Shown here one piece after another: positions 19,936-30,359 of a DNA stretch of 64,000 bases. The position numbers and the translations under genes are program-made. Within the stretch, counting starts at the first letter, position 1; every line of letters begins with the position of its first letter. The notes beneath the pieces were generated by a model. That model had not been told where the DNA came from. It searched no databases and saw only the letters and a program-made list of their open reading frames with translations. Source of the DNA: Myxococcota bacterium (GTDB lineage Bacteria; Myxococcota; XYA12-FULL-58-9; JABJBS01); assembly GCA_036339465.1 (NCBI GenBank), contig JAYZAY010000085.1:64001-128000 (forward strand). The letters run 5' to 3'.

Positions 19936-22113
19936 CTAGGCGGGATTCACAAATCGTGCAACGATTGTCTTGGTGCCAATCCCTGGAAATGTCACAGTCA
20001 ATTTACGATTCTTGCCATCGCCGTGGGATTGAATGACCTTACCTTGCCCAAAAGTGGCATGGAGAACGGCTTTGCCCGGTGCAAACGGGTCATTGGTTTG
20101 AACCGGCCTGTTAAATACAGGCAAATTTTCGGTGTTTTCGTCGACTCCCCAGGCATTGAAAGCCGGTGGTTTGGATTTACTCTGGTTGGTGTTGGTTAGA
20201 AGGATGCAGTCGTCTGGTAATTCGCTAATGAACCTAGATATTTCTGACCATTTGGTGGAACCAAAAACGGTTCGGATTCGGCAGGATGAAAGAGATAGGC
20301 TTTCTTTTGCCCGGGTAATGCCGACGTAGCAGAGTCTTCGTTCTTCCTCGAGTTCCTCAGTGGACTCTAAGCTTCGATTATGTGGAAACATCCCTTCTTC
20401 AAAGCCCGGAATAAAGACTTTCTTAAACTCGAGCCCTTTAGATGCATGAAGGGTCATTAGTGAAACGGTTTCATCGGTGTCATTGAGATTATCAAGGTCT
20501 GTAGCCAGAGCGACTTCTTCGAGAAAGAGCTCCAATGAGGGTTCTTCGACGATATCGCAGTACTCGTGAAGTGCGGCTAAAAGTTCGGATACGTTTTCAA
20601 GGCGTTCTGTTGCTTCTTCATTGTCTTGCTCTTTAAGGCTGTCTAAGTAGCCGAAGTCTCGAAGCATGTTTTCGGCTAGGTCGCCTGGGTTTTCCTGTTG
20701 TGATTGCTCCTGATGTTTTTCAAAACAGGCAAGAAAATCTCGTAATTTGGTCCGCAGCCTACTTTGAACTTCGCCGGCGCCCTCCGCAAATGCTTTGGAC
20801 GCTTCAAGGAGAGAGCTATCTGCACCAGAGGCATAAGCCTGGAGTTTTTGCAGGGATGTTTTGCCAATACCACGAGCGGGAACATTGATGATTCTTAGGA
20901 AATCCATGTCTGATTTCGGGTTTAGGAGCAGTCTCAAATAGGCCAAAGCATCTTTAATTTCTTTTCGGTCATAGAAGCGAATTCCTCCGTAGATGGCGTA
21001 GTTAATCTTTAAGCGCCGAAGGGCATCTTCAAGGGGGCGACTTTGTGCGTTTGTTCTGTAGAGGATAGCGATGCTGGTGGCACACTCGCCGGCATTGAGT
21101 CGGTTGTGAATATCAAGAGCGATGGCATCAGCTTCTTCTCTTTCCGTAGCAAAAACTCTGAAGTCAATTTTCGAGCCTTTTGGGAGTTTTGTGTATAGCG
21201 TTTTACCTTTTCTGGCTTGATTGTTGGCTATAACTGCATTGGCTGCTTTGAGAATGATTGGAGTTGAGCGGTAATTTTCTTCCAATCGAACGACTTTGGA
21301 GCCGGTATAGTCTTCCTCAAAACGCAGGATATTTTGAATATCGGCTCCCCGCCAGCGGTAGATAGACTGGTCATCATCTCCGACAACGGTGAGACTTTTA
21401 CCGCCTTCGGCTAGATATTTGAGGAGTTGGTACTGCACTGGATTTGTGTCTTGATATTCGTCGACTAAGAGATGAGACCAGGCGAGGTTCGCAAAGCGCC
21501 TCAGCTCAGTATCCGATTGGAGTAGAAAAACGACGTTAAGGAGTAGGCTACCGAAATCAACGGCATTGGAGTTCCGAAGTTTTTTTTCATAGAGTTTGTA
21601 GATTTCGGCAGCTCGCTGCTCATTCATATCAAATTGTGAGGGTTGGACGTAGTCGGCTCTGAGGCCCTGGTTTTTCCACTTTTCAATAATGCTTCTAATT
21701 AATCGGGGGGGGAAAACTTGATGGTCTAGGTTTAGCTCAATGAGGCATTGTTTTATGGCCTGAAGCTGATCATCTTGATCATAGATGACGTAATGGGAAT
21801 CTAATCCTAAGGGCGAACCAAATTTTCTAAGCATTTTGCCACAGAAGCTATGGAAAGTACTTACATGGAGAGCGTATTCAGGGACCCCCGTGAGTTGGCT
21901 GACTCGAAACCGCATTTCTTTAGCCGCCTTGTTGGTAAAGGTCATGGCTAAGATTTTGTCGGGGGCGACTCCGTTTTCGAAAATAAAATGAGCAATCCGG
22001 TAGGTAATCGCTGTGGTTTTCCCGGTGCCGGCTCCCGCCAATACGAGGAGGGGTGAATTGTCATGGAGAACGGACTCTCGTTGCGCAGCGTTCAATTTAC
22101 TTAAATCAAGCAT
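19936..22113 (-). CDS. uvrD: UvrD/PcrA ATP-dependent DNA helicase
   Basis: LAGAGTGKT, TFTNKAA, DEYQDTN, GDDDQSIY, TLHASKGLEF, C-terminal Tudor-like HATFGQG. Start set at MLDLSKLN. Confidence 0.95.
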   Translation of the reverse strand: MLDLSKLNAAQRESVLHDNSPLLVLAGAGTGKTTAITYRIAHFIFENGVAPDKILAMTFTNKAAKEMRFRVSQLTGVPEYALHVSTFHSFCGKMLRKFGSPLGLDSHYVIYDQDDQLQAIKQCLIELNLDHQVFPPRLIRSIIEKWKNQGLRADYVQPSQFDMNEQRAAEIYKLYEKKLRNSNAVDFGSLLLNVVFLLQSDTELRRFANLAWSHLLVDEYQDTNPVQYQLLKYLAEGGKSLTVVGDDDQSIYRWRGADIQNILRFEEDYTGSKVVRLEENYRSTPIILKAANAVIANNQARKGKTLYTKLPKGSKIDFRVFATEREEADAIALDIHNRLNAGECATSIAILYRTNAQSRPLEDALRRLKINYAIYGGIRFYDRKEIKDALAYLRLLLNPKSDMDFLRIINVPARGIGKTSLQKLQAYASGADSSLLEASKAFAEGAGEVQSRLRTKLRDFLACFEKHQEQSQQENPGDLAENMLRDFGYLDSLKEQDNEEATERLENVSELLAALHEYCDIVEEPSLELFLEEVALATDLDNLNDTDETVSLMTLHASKGLEFKKVFIPGFEEGMFPHNRSLESTEELEEERRLCYVGITRAKESLSLSSCRIRTVFGSTKWSEISRFISELPDDCILLTNTNQSKSKPPAFNAWGVDENTENLPVFNRPVQTNDPFAPGKAVLHATFGQGKVIQSHGDGKNRKLTVTFPGIGTKTIVARFVNPA

Positions 22114-22237
22114 CCTTAGCCATTTGCCTTTTATCGTGAATGTGAGCGTCTCTGTGGCTTGTGCGCCACGTATGCCCATGGCAATCTCATAAATTAGAAA
22201 CGGCTGCAATGTATGGGCAGGATGCGAGTGAGTGTTT

Positions 22238-23410
22238 ATGGTTTTCGATGTTAATTTGCTAGAAGATTTCAAAGCTACTCCCTTGGAGTCATTGATCTTT
22301 CGTCTTTTAGAGGGGAGTCCCATTTCTTTGCGGGAATTGGCAGAGTTAGCCCAGTCGTTACCGATGCCAGATGAAAAGATAAACCATGAGGAGTTTTTTC
22401 CTTGCCATCGTGGGACGTGGTTTATTGGATTGCAACCCCAGGGAGAGTGGTTTTCAAAGGCTTCGCCTCCAAATTTATTGTTTTGTGATATATCTAGCTT
22501 CTTGACTTGGATGGTCCGACTGAGCTGGTCCTTGGCGGCTCGAAATGAGCTGGAGTCGATTTCGGGCTTAGTGGTAGCAGATAGGTCATTGTCGTGGTCG
22601 GCATTGGAGAGAAAGTTTCGGAGACGTATAGGACGATTTTGGGAAATTCAAAAATCAAGCCTTTTGAACTTGGATTCTACAGCCTTGGTTTTGGGGTATC
22701 ATGACTTTCTTGGTGGTGTTTCCGGTTATCGTCGTTGGCTCCGTGAGTGCTGCGAAGATGCGCCGGAGGGGACTTCTGCAGATGGGATTGAAGATGGAAG
22801 AAGTATGGCATGGATGACTTTTGAAGGTGAACTTCTTCGGAACTCGCAGTCTGTTGTTCGTGGGTTGGAATTCAAGGAGCACCAAGTTGGACTCTGGCGA
22901 GATTACGGTCCCCATGGAGTAGGAGGATTTGTTTGGCGCGGTTCGAATGAGTTTCTAGAGGGTGAGCTTTCGAAAATGGATTTGAATTTACCTGAGGAAA
23001 TTAGAGCCCTCTCTTATTTTCGACTTTGCCCTTTCGACCATTGGGTGCCTAGCAATCGTCATTATCTTTCTCGCCTATTGTCACAATATGAAAAATACTG
23101 CTTTCATGATGAGATGATGACTCCGGAGGTCGTCTCTTGGCAGGGTATGACCGACGCATTACCCCATCTTATTTCTCCCGGTTTGTTTGTGAACAAGATC
23201 AAGGAAAAGGTTGAATCTCAGAAAGAATCCCAGCTCGACAGGAAAGCCTCTGAGTCTTCTCCAAAAGAGTCCTCAAGAGAAGCGCCACCGAAGGATGAAG
23301 CGCTGGGAGTTCTTAAGGAAAAGTTAGAAAAGGTTTTTGGGAAAAACAAACCAACTTTATCGGATGTGCCCAAACCAATGGTGCCACCACGATTCCGTAT
23401 CAAGGTATAG
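22238..23410 (+). CDS. hypothetical protein
   Basis: Long ORF filling the gap between uvrD and the PilZ gene; no motif recognised. Confidence 0.65.
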   Translation: MVFDVNLLEDFKATPLESLIFRLLEGSPISLRELAELAQSLPMPDEKINHEEFFPCHRGTWFIGLQPQGEWFSKASPPNLLFCDISSFLTWMVRLSWSLAARNELESISGLVVADRSLSWSALERKFRRRIGRFWEIQKSSLLNLDSTALVLGYHDFLGGVSGYRRWLRECCEDAPEGTSADGIEDGRSMAWMTFEGELLRNSQSVVRGLEFKEHQVGLWRDYGPHGVGGFVWRGSNEFLEGELSKMDLNLPEEIRALSYFRLCPFDHWVPSNRHYLSRLLSQYEKYCFHDEMMTPEVVSWQGMTDALPHLISPGLFVNKIKEKVESQKESQLDRKASESSPKESSREAPPKDEALGVLKEKLEKVFGKNKPTLSDVPKPMVPPRFRIKV

Positions 23411-23419
23411 AGAAAAATC

Positions 23420-23761
23420 CTATGTGGACGTGTTGCGGCGCTCATTAACGATTTCGGCGATGAGTGTTTCTGAATCCGGATCGAGGTTAACAAACTCTAC
23501 GCCCATTCCTGGGTGTTCACTGGCAGGTGGATTGATGTGGACGACGCGTCCCAATCCTTCGAGCAGACTTGAATCAGTCAATTGAAATTGGAGATAAATC
23601 ATTGCGCCAATTTTATGTGGTGTCGTGGTTTTTATGAAAATGCCATGGGTGGAAATATTGCAGGCATATTCTGCTTCGAAACTATCGCGGCTATCGAACT
23701 TGATTTGCAAAAGCAGGTTCAATGGGACTCGGCTTGCTAGCCTACGTTCATTTTCTACCAT
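23420..23761 (-). CDS. stand-alone PilZ-domain protein (Myxococcus TIGR02266-like)
   Basis: ERRLASR (RxxxR), NISTHGIFI (D/NxSxxG), GRVVHIN...PGMGVEF. Confidence 0.88.
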   Translation of the reverse strand: MVENERRLASRVPLNLLLQIKFDSRDSFEAEYACNISTHGIFIKTTTPHKIGAMIYLQFQLTDSSLLEGLGRVVHINPPASEHPGMGVEFVNLDPDSETLIAEIVNERRNTST

Positions 23762-23826
23762 TCGTTTCCCCCTTTCGTATTCTAACGGGGAGTAACTGTT
23801 TTTGGCAATGACCGTTTCTGAGAGGT

Positions 23827-25191
23827 TTAGGGAGTGAGATAATCCATGAGGGTGTTGACGTTCCTTATTCCAATGACTTCGGCCCGGATTTCAGATTCAA
23901 GAGAGGTCCGTTCAAGGTCGATCGCGGGAACGTAACATTGATTGAACCCAAGAGATTGTGCTTCTTGTAGACGGATTTCAAGGCCGGTCACCCCACGGAT
24001 TTCTCCGGAGAGGCCGACTTCTCCTATGAAAATTGCTTTGGGAGCAATGGCGTTTTGGGTTATTGAAGACGATAAAGCAGCAATAATGCCCAAATCAGCG
24101 GCGGGTTCTTGAATCCTGACACCGCCAGCAACGTTGACGTAGAGATCTAGGCCCCCCATTTCTAGGCCACATCGAGCTTCTAGGACAGCCCCCAGTATCG
24201 CTATTCGCTGTTGGTCTACACCGACAGTCGTTCGTCTTGGGGAGCCATAGACGGCGGGGGTTACAAGGGTTTGGACTTCTAGAAGGAGAGGGCGCGATCC
24301 CTCTAAGGAGGAAACAACCGCCGTCCCGGGTCCGTCTGAGCGTTGGCTCAGAAAAAGTTCTGAAGGATTGGTGACCGGCTTCAAACCATCGCTCATCATT
24401 TCGAAAACCCCAATCTCACGGGCGGATCCAAAGCGATTTTTGTGTGCCCGGAGTATACGGTAAGAGCCTGTTCGCTCACCTTCGAAATAGAGGACGGTGT
24501 CTACCATGTGTTCGAGCAGTTTGGGTCCGGCGATAGCGCCCTCTTTGGTAACATGCCCCACCACAAATGTAGGTAAATCTCGCTGTTTCGCAATTCCCAT
24601 TAGTCGATTGGTCACTTCTCGAATTTGGCTAACAGAACCCACCGAGCTCGCTACTTCTGAGGTCCCGATGGTCTGAATGGAGTCGATAATAAGTACGGCG
24701 GGATTCAATTCATCCAGGGAATGTTCGATGGCCTCCAGGCTTGTTTCTGGAAATATGTAGAGTTGGGAAGCTTGGGTTGTAAGTCTTTCACTTCTCAATC
24801 GAACTTGTTGCGCAGACTCCTCACCGGTAACGTAAAGAACAGGTTTATTGAGTTCGTTGGCAAGGTTGCCTGCTGCCTGAAGCAGTAGCGTCGATTTACC
24901 TATTCCTGGATCTCCTCCCACCAGTATGAGCGAGCCAAGCACAAGTCCCCCTCCCAAAACCTGATCAAGTTCTGGGATACCGGTGGCAAGGCGAGGGCAA
25001 TCAAGTGTTTCAATCTCCAGGACAGGTATGGGGCGCGTGGTGGTGCGTTCGAGGGGCGCAGTGCCCTTGGATTTGGTTATAAATTCTTCTGCTAAGGAAC
25101 CCCAAGAGTCACAGCTAGGGCAGCGTCCCAGCCACTTGCTTTCTTGGTGTCGGCAGGATTGACAAACGAATTGGGTTTTCGACTTGGGCAT
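23827..25191 (-). CDS. radA: DNA repair protein RadA/Sms
   Basis: N-terminal C4 zinc finger, GGDPGIGKSTL, KNRFG motif, Lon-like C-terminal domain. Confidence 0.97.
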   Translation of the reverse strand: MPKSKTQFVCQSCRHQESKWLGRCPSCDSWGSLAEEFITKSKGTAPLERTTTRPIPVLEIETLDCPRLATGIPELDQVLGGGLVLGSLILVGGDPGIGKSTLLLQAAGNLANELNKPVLYVTGEESAQQVRLRSERLTTQASQLYIFPETSLEAIEHSLDELNPAVLIIDSIQTIGTSEVASSVGSVSQIREVTNRLMGIAKQRDLPTFVVGHVTKEGAIAGPKLLEHMVDTVLYFEGERTGSYRILRAHKNRFGSAREIGVFEMMSDGLKPVTNPSELFLSQRSDGPGTAVVSSLEGSRPLLLEVQTLVTPAVYGSPRRTTVGVDQQRIAILGAVLEARCGLEMGGLDLYVNVAGGVRIQEPAADLGIIAALSSSITQNAIAPKAIFIGEVGLSGEIRGVTGLEIRLQEAQSLGFNQCYVPAIDLERTSLESEIRAEVIGIRNVNTLMDYLTP

Positions 25192-25257
25192 GACCGCTCA
25201 AATAATCCGATTATTGGGAAATTGCACGTATGGAGAGTCACTCTTCATTTGTGGGGA

Positions 25258-27609
25258 TTAATTTTGGTACATGGATGAAGGGAGATCGATGAGTTCACCG
25301 AGTTCCTCGGCTTCTGCGATCAAAGAAGCCACCAATCGGTGACTTCTATGGAGCACATTGACCTGTTCTTTTACTTTCTGGCTGCGGTTCTCTTCAATCC
25401 GAAGAGTTTGGTAGAAAGCGCGCTTCATTTGCTCTACAAACTCTTCGTTATCGAGGATACCGGGTACCAATGCGTGGAGTCGATCGAAGATGTCCTGAAG
25501 CACATATTCAGTTAAATTGACTTTTCTATCCGTTGTAGATTGGCTTTTGGCTTCTTCGGTTTGACCGAGAGGGATCTCAAAGAGGATGGCGAAAAGGACT
25601 AAGTTTTCTTCGGGGGTTCCATAAAATTCTTCCATGGTTTTCCCGTTGCCAGGGGACATGCTGTCCTGGAGTGCGAGCAGGGTTACGGGGCCAATTTGGC
25701 TTTTTCGGTCTCCTGCTTCTACTTGCTGGAGCCACCGTTTCGAGGCGCAAGAGTAGTAAAGCAGAGCGCGGATGAGTTCTTCTTGCTCTCCACCCAGCCC
25801 TTCCCGTTGTGTCCGGGCGATGAAATTATTGAGGGATTCGTCCTCGCGTGGCCAGATGGGCAGCTCCGCCTCTTTTTGAATCCGGGCGATGATGAAGCGT
25901 TCAATCATTTCTGCCGTTTTTCCGGGAATGTGCACATTCCCTTGGGCATCAATGAGCTCCACGCGTTTTAGGGCGTTTTCCACAAGTTGTTTTTGCCCAG
26001 GTTCGAATTCTCCATTGCGATTCACAAGTCCCAAATGAACGGGGAGCAGGAGTTCGGGAGCTTTTCGAAAGAATAGGAGCTCGGAACTCGATAAAATACC
26101 ATTGTTAAGCTTTAGGGCGTAGGCATCTGTGGATTCTCCGGGCTCTTGTATGACCAGTTGGCCAGGTTCGACAAAAACCGTGTCTGGCTCCACGGTTGGC
26201 GTTTGGCTCGGAGGGGTTGGAATCTCCTGGGTGATATGTGTGTTGTCAACGGGGGGACGATTGTGTTCAGGTGTGGTGAGTTCTCCAGTCGCTTCCTGGT
26301 CTTGGCGACCGATTTCTACCTTTGTCGCAACGTCATCAACTTTTTCTTCCAAGCGAGTTAGTTGTTCTAGTTGTTTGGTTAGGTCATTTTGGCGTTGTGC
26401 AGGAGCTTTGGGTTTCGCCAAACGAACGCGACTGGCTTGGTTGTGCTGTGTGGCTTCTTGGATTTCTCGCCAGACGGGGTTTTGGTGTGATTTAAATTTT
26501 CTGGCAGCTTCTTGCCCTTGAGTCGAATCGATGGCGAGAAGAATCTGCTTTTCTGTGGGGAGGAAAAGGAGTTCTCGTCGTTCGTCAAGATCGGTGGTGT
26601 CAAGTCGGTTGACGCGAGCGAGAAAAATAAGGATATTTTCCTTAAGCGCTTTTTTCTCTTTTTCATCTACATCCGCATTTTCAATGAGTGAGCCGTAGAG
26701 TTCGTCAGCGATTTCCAGTAAGTCGTCACCAGGTTCCGGCTGGTATAGATTGCCCAGTGTTGGGGTGTCTTTGAGTGCCCGGTCAGCCAGGATTTGGCGT
26801 ACGACGTTTCGAGAGAGTTGTTTTGGGTGGTAGTTTTTGCCAGGCCCATGTTGTTGAAATCGAGGATGGGCTTTTGCTCGTTTCACATTGAGTGCCGCTC
26901 TGTGCTTTTGTTGAGCGATGATTGGTTTCCAATGTTTGGTGTGTGGAATGTAGATAACGTCGAGATTTTTTTGAGAAGGTTTGAGTTTGTTTGTGTAGGC
27001 TGTGACGCTGATCAGCGTCTTGATCGTGTCTTCATCATAGTTTCTGTAGGTTTTTCGTATAATGTCCTCAAGATTTTGGTTTGGCTCGACCACCAAGAAT
27101 GTACTGCGTTCCAAGAGAGGTAATTTCCTGCCGATGTTTTGTGGATGGACTTCGTAATATAAGGTTTCAACCGTGGGGAGCGTGATAGCGGGAGGGGGAG
27201 GCTCTGAAAGAGAGAATCCGTTTGCTTCGGCAATACGTTTGAGAATTGGTTCTGAAATTGTGTTGACTCGAAAAAAACGGGCCACGGCATTTTGCCAGGA
27301 TTCATTGGGTCTGAGGTTGAGCCGAAAACCGTTCCTCAGAAACTGAGGATCCCTCGGCCCAGCAGTGGGGCCGTGTGGTTTACTGGTGTCCTTATGGATG
27401 GTAACGCTTTTTGGGGGAACTGGCTCGGGGACAGGTAATTTCTTATTGGGCTTGGGCTCTAGAACGTCTGCCATTGGCTCCATCTTAACGCTATTTGCAG
27501 GCCCGGTGGGTTTCTTGGGGGGAGTCGGTATCAATTGGGATTGTTTGGAAAGCTGCCTGATTGAAAGATGAGTATCACCCTTTGGGACTGACTTTGGCTT
27601 ATCAACCAT
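25258..27609 (-). CDS. large hypothetical protein with a Pro-rich N-terminus and three divergent LysM-like modules
   Basis: 783-aa ORF; repeated V/Q-x-P-G/N-D/E...A-x-x-N-x-L...I/L-x-L/I-P pattern. Confidence 0.7.
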   Translation of the reverse strand: MVDKPKSVPKGDTHLSIRQLSKQSQLIPTPPKKPTGPANSVKMEPMADVLEPKPNKKLPVPEPVPPKSVTIHKDTSKPHGPTAGPRDPQFLRNGFRLNLRPNESWQNAVARFFRVNTISEPILKRIAEANGFSLSEPPPPAITLPTVETLYYEVHPQNIGRKLPLLERSTFLVVEPNQNLEDIIRKTYRNYDEDTIKTLISVTAYTNKLKPSQKNLDVIYIPHTKHWKPIIAQQKHRAALNVKRAKAHPRFQQHGPGKNYHPKQLSRNVVRQILADRALKDTPTLGNLYQPEPGDDLLEIADELYGSLIENADVDEKEKKALKENILIFLARVNRLDTTDLDERRELLFLPTEKQILLAIDSTQGQEAARKFKSHQNPVWREIQEATQHNQASRVRLAKPKAPAQRQNDLTKQLEQLTRLEEKVDDVATKVEIGRQDQEATGELTTPEHNRPPVDNTHITQEIPTPPSQTPTVEPDTVFVEPGQLVIQEPGESTDAYALKLNNGILSSSELLFFRKAPELLLPVHLGLVNRNGEFEPGQKQLVENALKRVELIDAQGNVHIPGKTAEMIERFIIARIQKEAELPIWPREDESLNNFIARTQREGLGGEQEELIRALLYYSCASKRWLQQVEAGDRKSQIGPVTLLALQDSMSPGNGKTMEEFYGTPEENLVLFAILFEIPLGQTEEAKSQSTTDRKVNLTEYVLQDIFDRLHALVPGILDNEEFVEQMKRAFYQTLRIEENRSQKVKEQVNVLHRSHRLVASLIAEAEELGELIDLPSSMYQN

Positions 27610-27725
27610 CGTATTACCGCCTTAGAATACCGGAGCAGGTAAGCTCTACCCTATTCTCGCAATGTAGCGGCAGATTCACAAAGGTGTCGCGTAAGAAATC
27701 TAAATTTTTTTGAAATTATTGGGGC

Positions 27726-29276
27726 CTAACCACCAAAGAGGGCGGGGTTTTTCTGGATTGTTGCGTTCTTCCTAAGAAATCCCATCCAATCTGTGAATAT
27801 TTGTCGCCGTTTAGAGGCTAACTTTTCTTCTCGCAGAGATTCTTTCTTTCCTGCGAAGTCTTCATCCGATGGAATTTCTCGGTTTACGAAATGAATGGCG
27901 TAGAAACTATTACCGACTCTATAGGCTTTGTCGGCAACGCTCTTTTCTTCGCTTAATTCAAAGATCGCTTTTTGCAGTTCCTGAGATGTTCCGATACCAG
28001 GGATGGAAGTCTCTTCTTTGAGGATCCAGGGCGTGGTTTTACGGACTATTGCACTAACTGCCTCCATGGGGGGAAGCTGCCGACGTTCTTCTTCGGAAAC
28101 TGTCATTTCATTGAAGGATTTCCCATCCCTTAGGGCGGCGAGAAAGATGTCTGCTTTTTCTTGGGCAACTTTTTCAGCGGCACGCTCCCGGAGTATGGAG
28201 GCAGCGACTTTCTCTTTGACGGTTTCCAGTGCTTTCGTTTCTTCGGGTAATATCTCGTCGATTTTGATGATGTGGTAACCCAATCGAGTTTTGATGGGCG
28301 TTTTTGAATACTCGCCAGCGTTTAGCTGAAACGCCTGTAATTCAAGGCCTTTGAGCATTTGTCCGCTGGTAAAGGTGCCCATTTCACCGCCCTTTGCGGA
28401 GGTTCGTTCATCGTCGGACTCGGTTTTGGCCATGGCTTCGAAGGCTTCTCCCTTATCCAGTCGTTTGAGGAGTTCTAACGCCTTGGCCTCTGCCTCCTTT
28501 CGGGTTTTCTCATCGGCATCGCCGGGGAGTTTTTTCAGTATCTGTCGTACCTTTACGCGCTTACCGGTTTTGTAGCGGTTGATGTCTTTCTCATACCGTT
28601 TTTGGAGGTGATCTCCAGTCTCAGCCATGAGTGCGGCGATTTCTTCTGGATTGGGTTCCGGTTGGGCCAAGGTATTCATATTGAAGCGGACGTAATTGAC
28701 CATGGCGCGATCAAATTCTCGTGTGTACGAGCTTTTGAGCTCTTGGTCAGAAATGGTGATGTTGTCTGTGATGGATTCTCGAAGCTTTTGTCCCAAAAGA
28801 TCCTTGCGAACGGTTTCCTCAAAGCGCCTTGCGGTGGTTTGATACACGTTGTTCACAAACGCTTCCCATTGGTCGGCGGAGACATTCTCGAGTCCGAAGT
28901 TTTTGTTCACGTAGTCCAAAAGCGCATCATTAGAGACCCGAAAGCCGCGTCTGTCTGCCTCTTGGGCGAGTAATTTACCCTCGATTAGCCCATCGATAAC
29001 TTGGGTTTTAAGTCCGAGCCTGGCGATCATCTCAGGATCCAACGTACCCCCGGTTTGTTGGAAGGTTCGTCGTAACTGTTCAATTCTGCGCCCGTAAACC
29101 ACCGAGAAATCACGTTGTGATATAGTCTCATTGTTGACAATGGCTGCGTAGTCGTTTTCGCCCGGGGTACAGCTTCCCGATCCAGGTCCGAAGTTAAGGG
29201 CAAAAACAAAGCAAATTCCACCCAGCATGATGTAGGTGAAAATCGAGGCATTTTTCTTTCTCATATAATCAAGCAT
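27726..29276 (-). CDS. ppiD: SurA/PpiD-family periplasmic chaperone and peptidyl-prolyl isomerase
   Basis: N-terminal TM, SurA_N region, parvulin domain (FEAMAKTESDD...KGGEMG, GYHIIK). Confidence 0.85.
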   Translation of the reverse strand: MLDYMRKKNASIFTYIMLGGICFVFALNFGPGSGSCTPGENDYAAIVNNETISQRDFSVVYGRRIEQLRRTFQQTGGTLDPEMIARLGLKTQVIDGLIEGKLLAQEADRRGFRVSNDALLDYVNKNFGLENVSADQWEAFVNNVYQTTARRFEETVRKDLLGQKLRESITDNITISDQELKSSYTREFDRAMVNYVRFNMNTLAQPEPNPEEIAALMAETGDHLQKRYEKDINRYKTGKRVKVRQILKKLPGDADEKTRKEAEAKALELLKRLDKGEAFEAMAKTESDDERTSAKGGEMGTFTSGQMLKGLELQAFQLNAGEYSKTPIKTRLGYHIIKIDEILPEETKALETVKEKVAASILRERAAEKVAQEKADIFLAALRDGKSFNEMTVSEEERRQLPPMEAVSAIVRKTTPWILKEETSIPGIGTSQELQKAIFELSEEKSVADKAYRVGNSFYAIHFVNREIPSDEDFAGKKESLREEKLASKRRQIFTDWMGFLRKNATIQKNPALFGG

Positions 29277-29350
29277 ACGCGCCGATATATCCTGGGCTAT
29301 TGCTAGGAGCAATAAGGAATCCCTAAGGAAAAGTGAGAAGTGTGAATGTT

Positions 29351-29905
29351 TTAACGAATCATGGGGTTCTGGAAGATTTTCTCGCGCAGATAAGCGAGTT
29401 CCGCGACCGACTGTTGGATGTCGTGGAGGGCGGTGTGCTTACCCTCATCGGGTTTCACATACTTGTCTTTGTACCACCAGTAACCGAGCTCTTTGACGGT
29501 TGAGACGTCGATATTTCGGTAGTGTAGAAACCGCTCGAAGCCCGGCATGTATTTCACAAGGAATCGCCGGTCTTGTCCTATGGAATTTCCACAGAGGGGG
29601 GCGCTTTGGAAGGAGCAGTATCGGGAGACCAGTTGAAGGGCTTTGAGTTCTGCATCTGCAACCGAGAGCTTTGAGAGTTTTATTTTGTCTAAGAGGCAGG
29701 ATTTCCGATGCATTTCACGAACATAGGGGTCCATTGTTTCCAGCACGGAATTAGGCTGCCACACAACTAAATTGAGAGCGGGACATACCTCGGTTAGGTC
29801 TCGGTCCGTAATGATCACGGCTATTTCTACGATCGCGCAGGCTTCGGGATCCAATCCCGTCATCTCTAAATCGACCCAAACCAAGAGATCATCACGTGGA
29901 ATCAT
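29351..29905 (-). CDS. orn: oligoribonuclease
   Basis: WVDLEMTGL, LCGNSIGQDRRFL, HYRNIDVST, HTALHDI. Confidence 0.96.
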   Translation of the reverse strand: MIPRDDLLVWVDLEMTGLDPEACAIVEIAVIITDRDLTEVCPALNLVVWQPNSVLETMDPYVREMHRKSCLLDKIKLSKLSVADAELKALQLVSRYCSFQSAPLCGNSIGQDRRFLVKYMPGFERFLHYRNIDVSTVKELGYWWYKDKYVKPDEGKHTALHDIQQSVAELAYLREKIFQNPMIR

Positions 29906-30021
29906 TCAAATTCTCCTCTTCGGAGCAAGGTCCATAGCGTACCTTGGTTGTGCCTACAACCCGTGGACCGAGGTTCTACGGGTATAACGACAAACTATTC
30001 GGCGCAGATTGTTTTAAAAAC

Positions 30022-30065
30022 TTGCGAATCTTCTATGAATAATTATAAGTAAGTAGCTTGCTTAT
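30022..30065 (+). promoter_or_regulatory. promoter overlapped by an imperfect palindrome (candidate operator)
   Basis: TTGCGA-N16-TATAAG; ATAAGTAAG-TAG-CTTGCTTAT at 30045-30065. Confidence 0.45.
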
Positions 30066-30082
30066 GTATAAGGGAGGCCCTC

Positions 30083-30355
30083 ATGGCTGTTATTTCGTTA
30101 CCGACCCCCTTGCGTCCCTACGCAGATAAGAGTGCAGAGGTGGAAGTAAATGGGACTACGGTTGGACAAGCCCTAGATCATTTGACAGAAAAATTTCCTG
30201 CACTTCGAAAACATCTATTTTCTGAGGACGGAAGCTTGCGAAGTTTTGTCAATGTATATTTGAATGACGAGGATATTCGCTTCCTCGATAAAGGGGCGAC
30301 AAAGGTTGGTGAGAGGGATGCGCTGAGCATTATCCCGTCTATTGCTGGAGGCTGA
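30083..30355 (+). CDS. MoaD/ThiS/CysO-family ubiquitin-like sulfur carrier
   Basis: FVNVYLNDEDIR; C-terminal IAGG; GGGAGG RBS. Confidence 0.92.
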   Translation: MAVISLPTPLRPYADKSAEVEVNGTTVGQALDHLTEKFPALRKHLFSEDGSLRSFVNVYLNDEDIRFLDKGATKVGERDALSIIPSIAGG

Positions 30356-30359
30356 AAAA

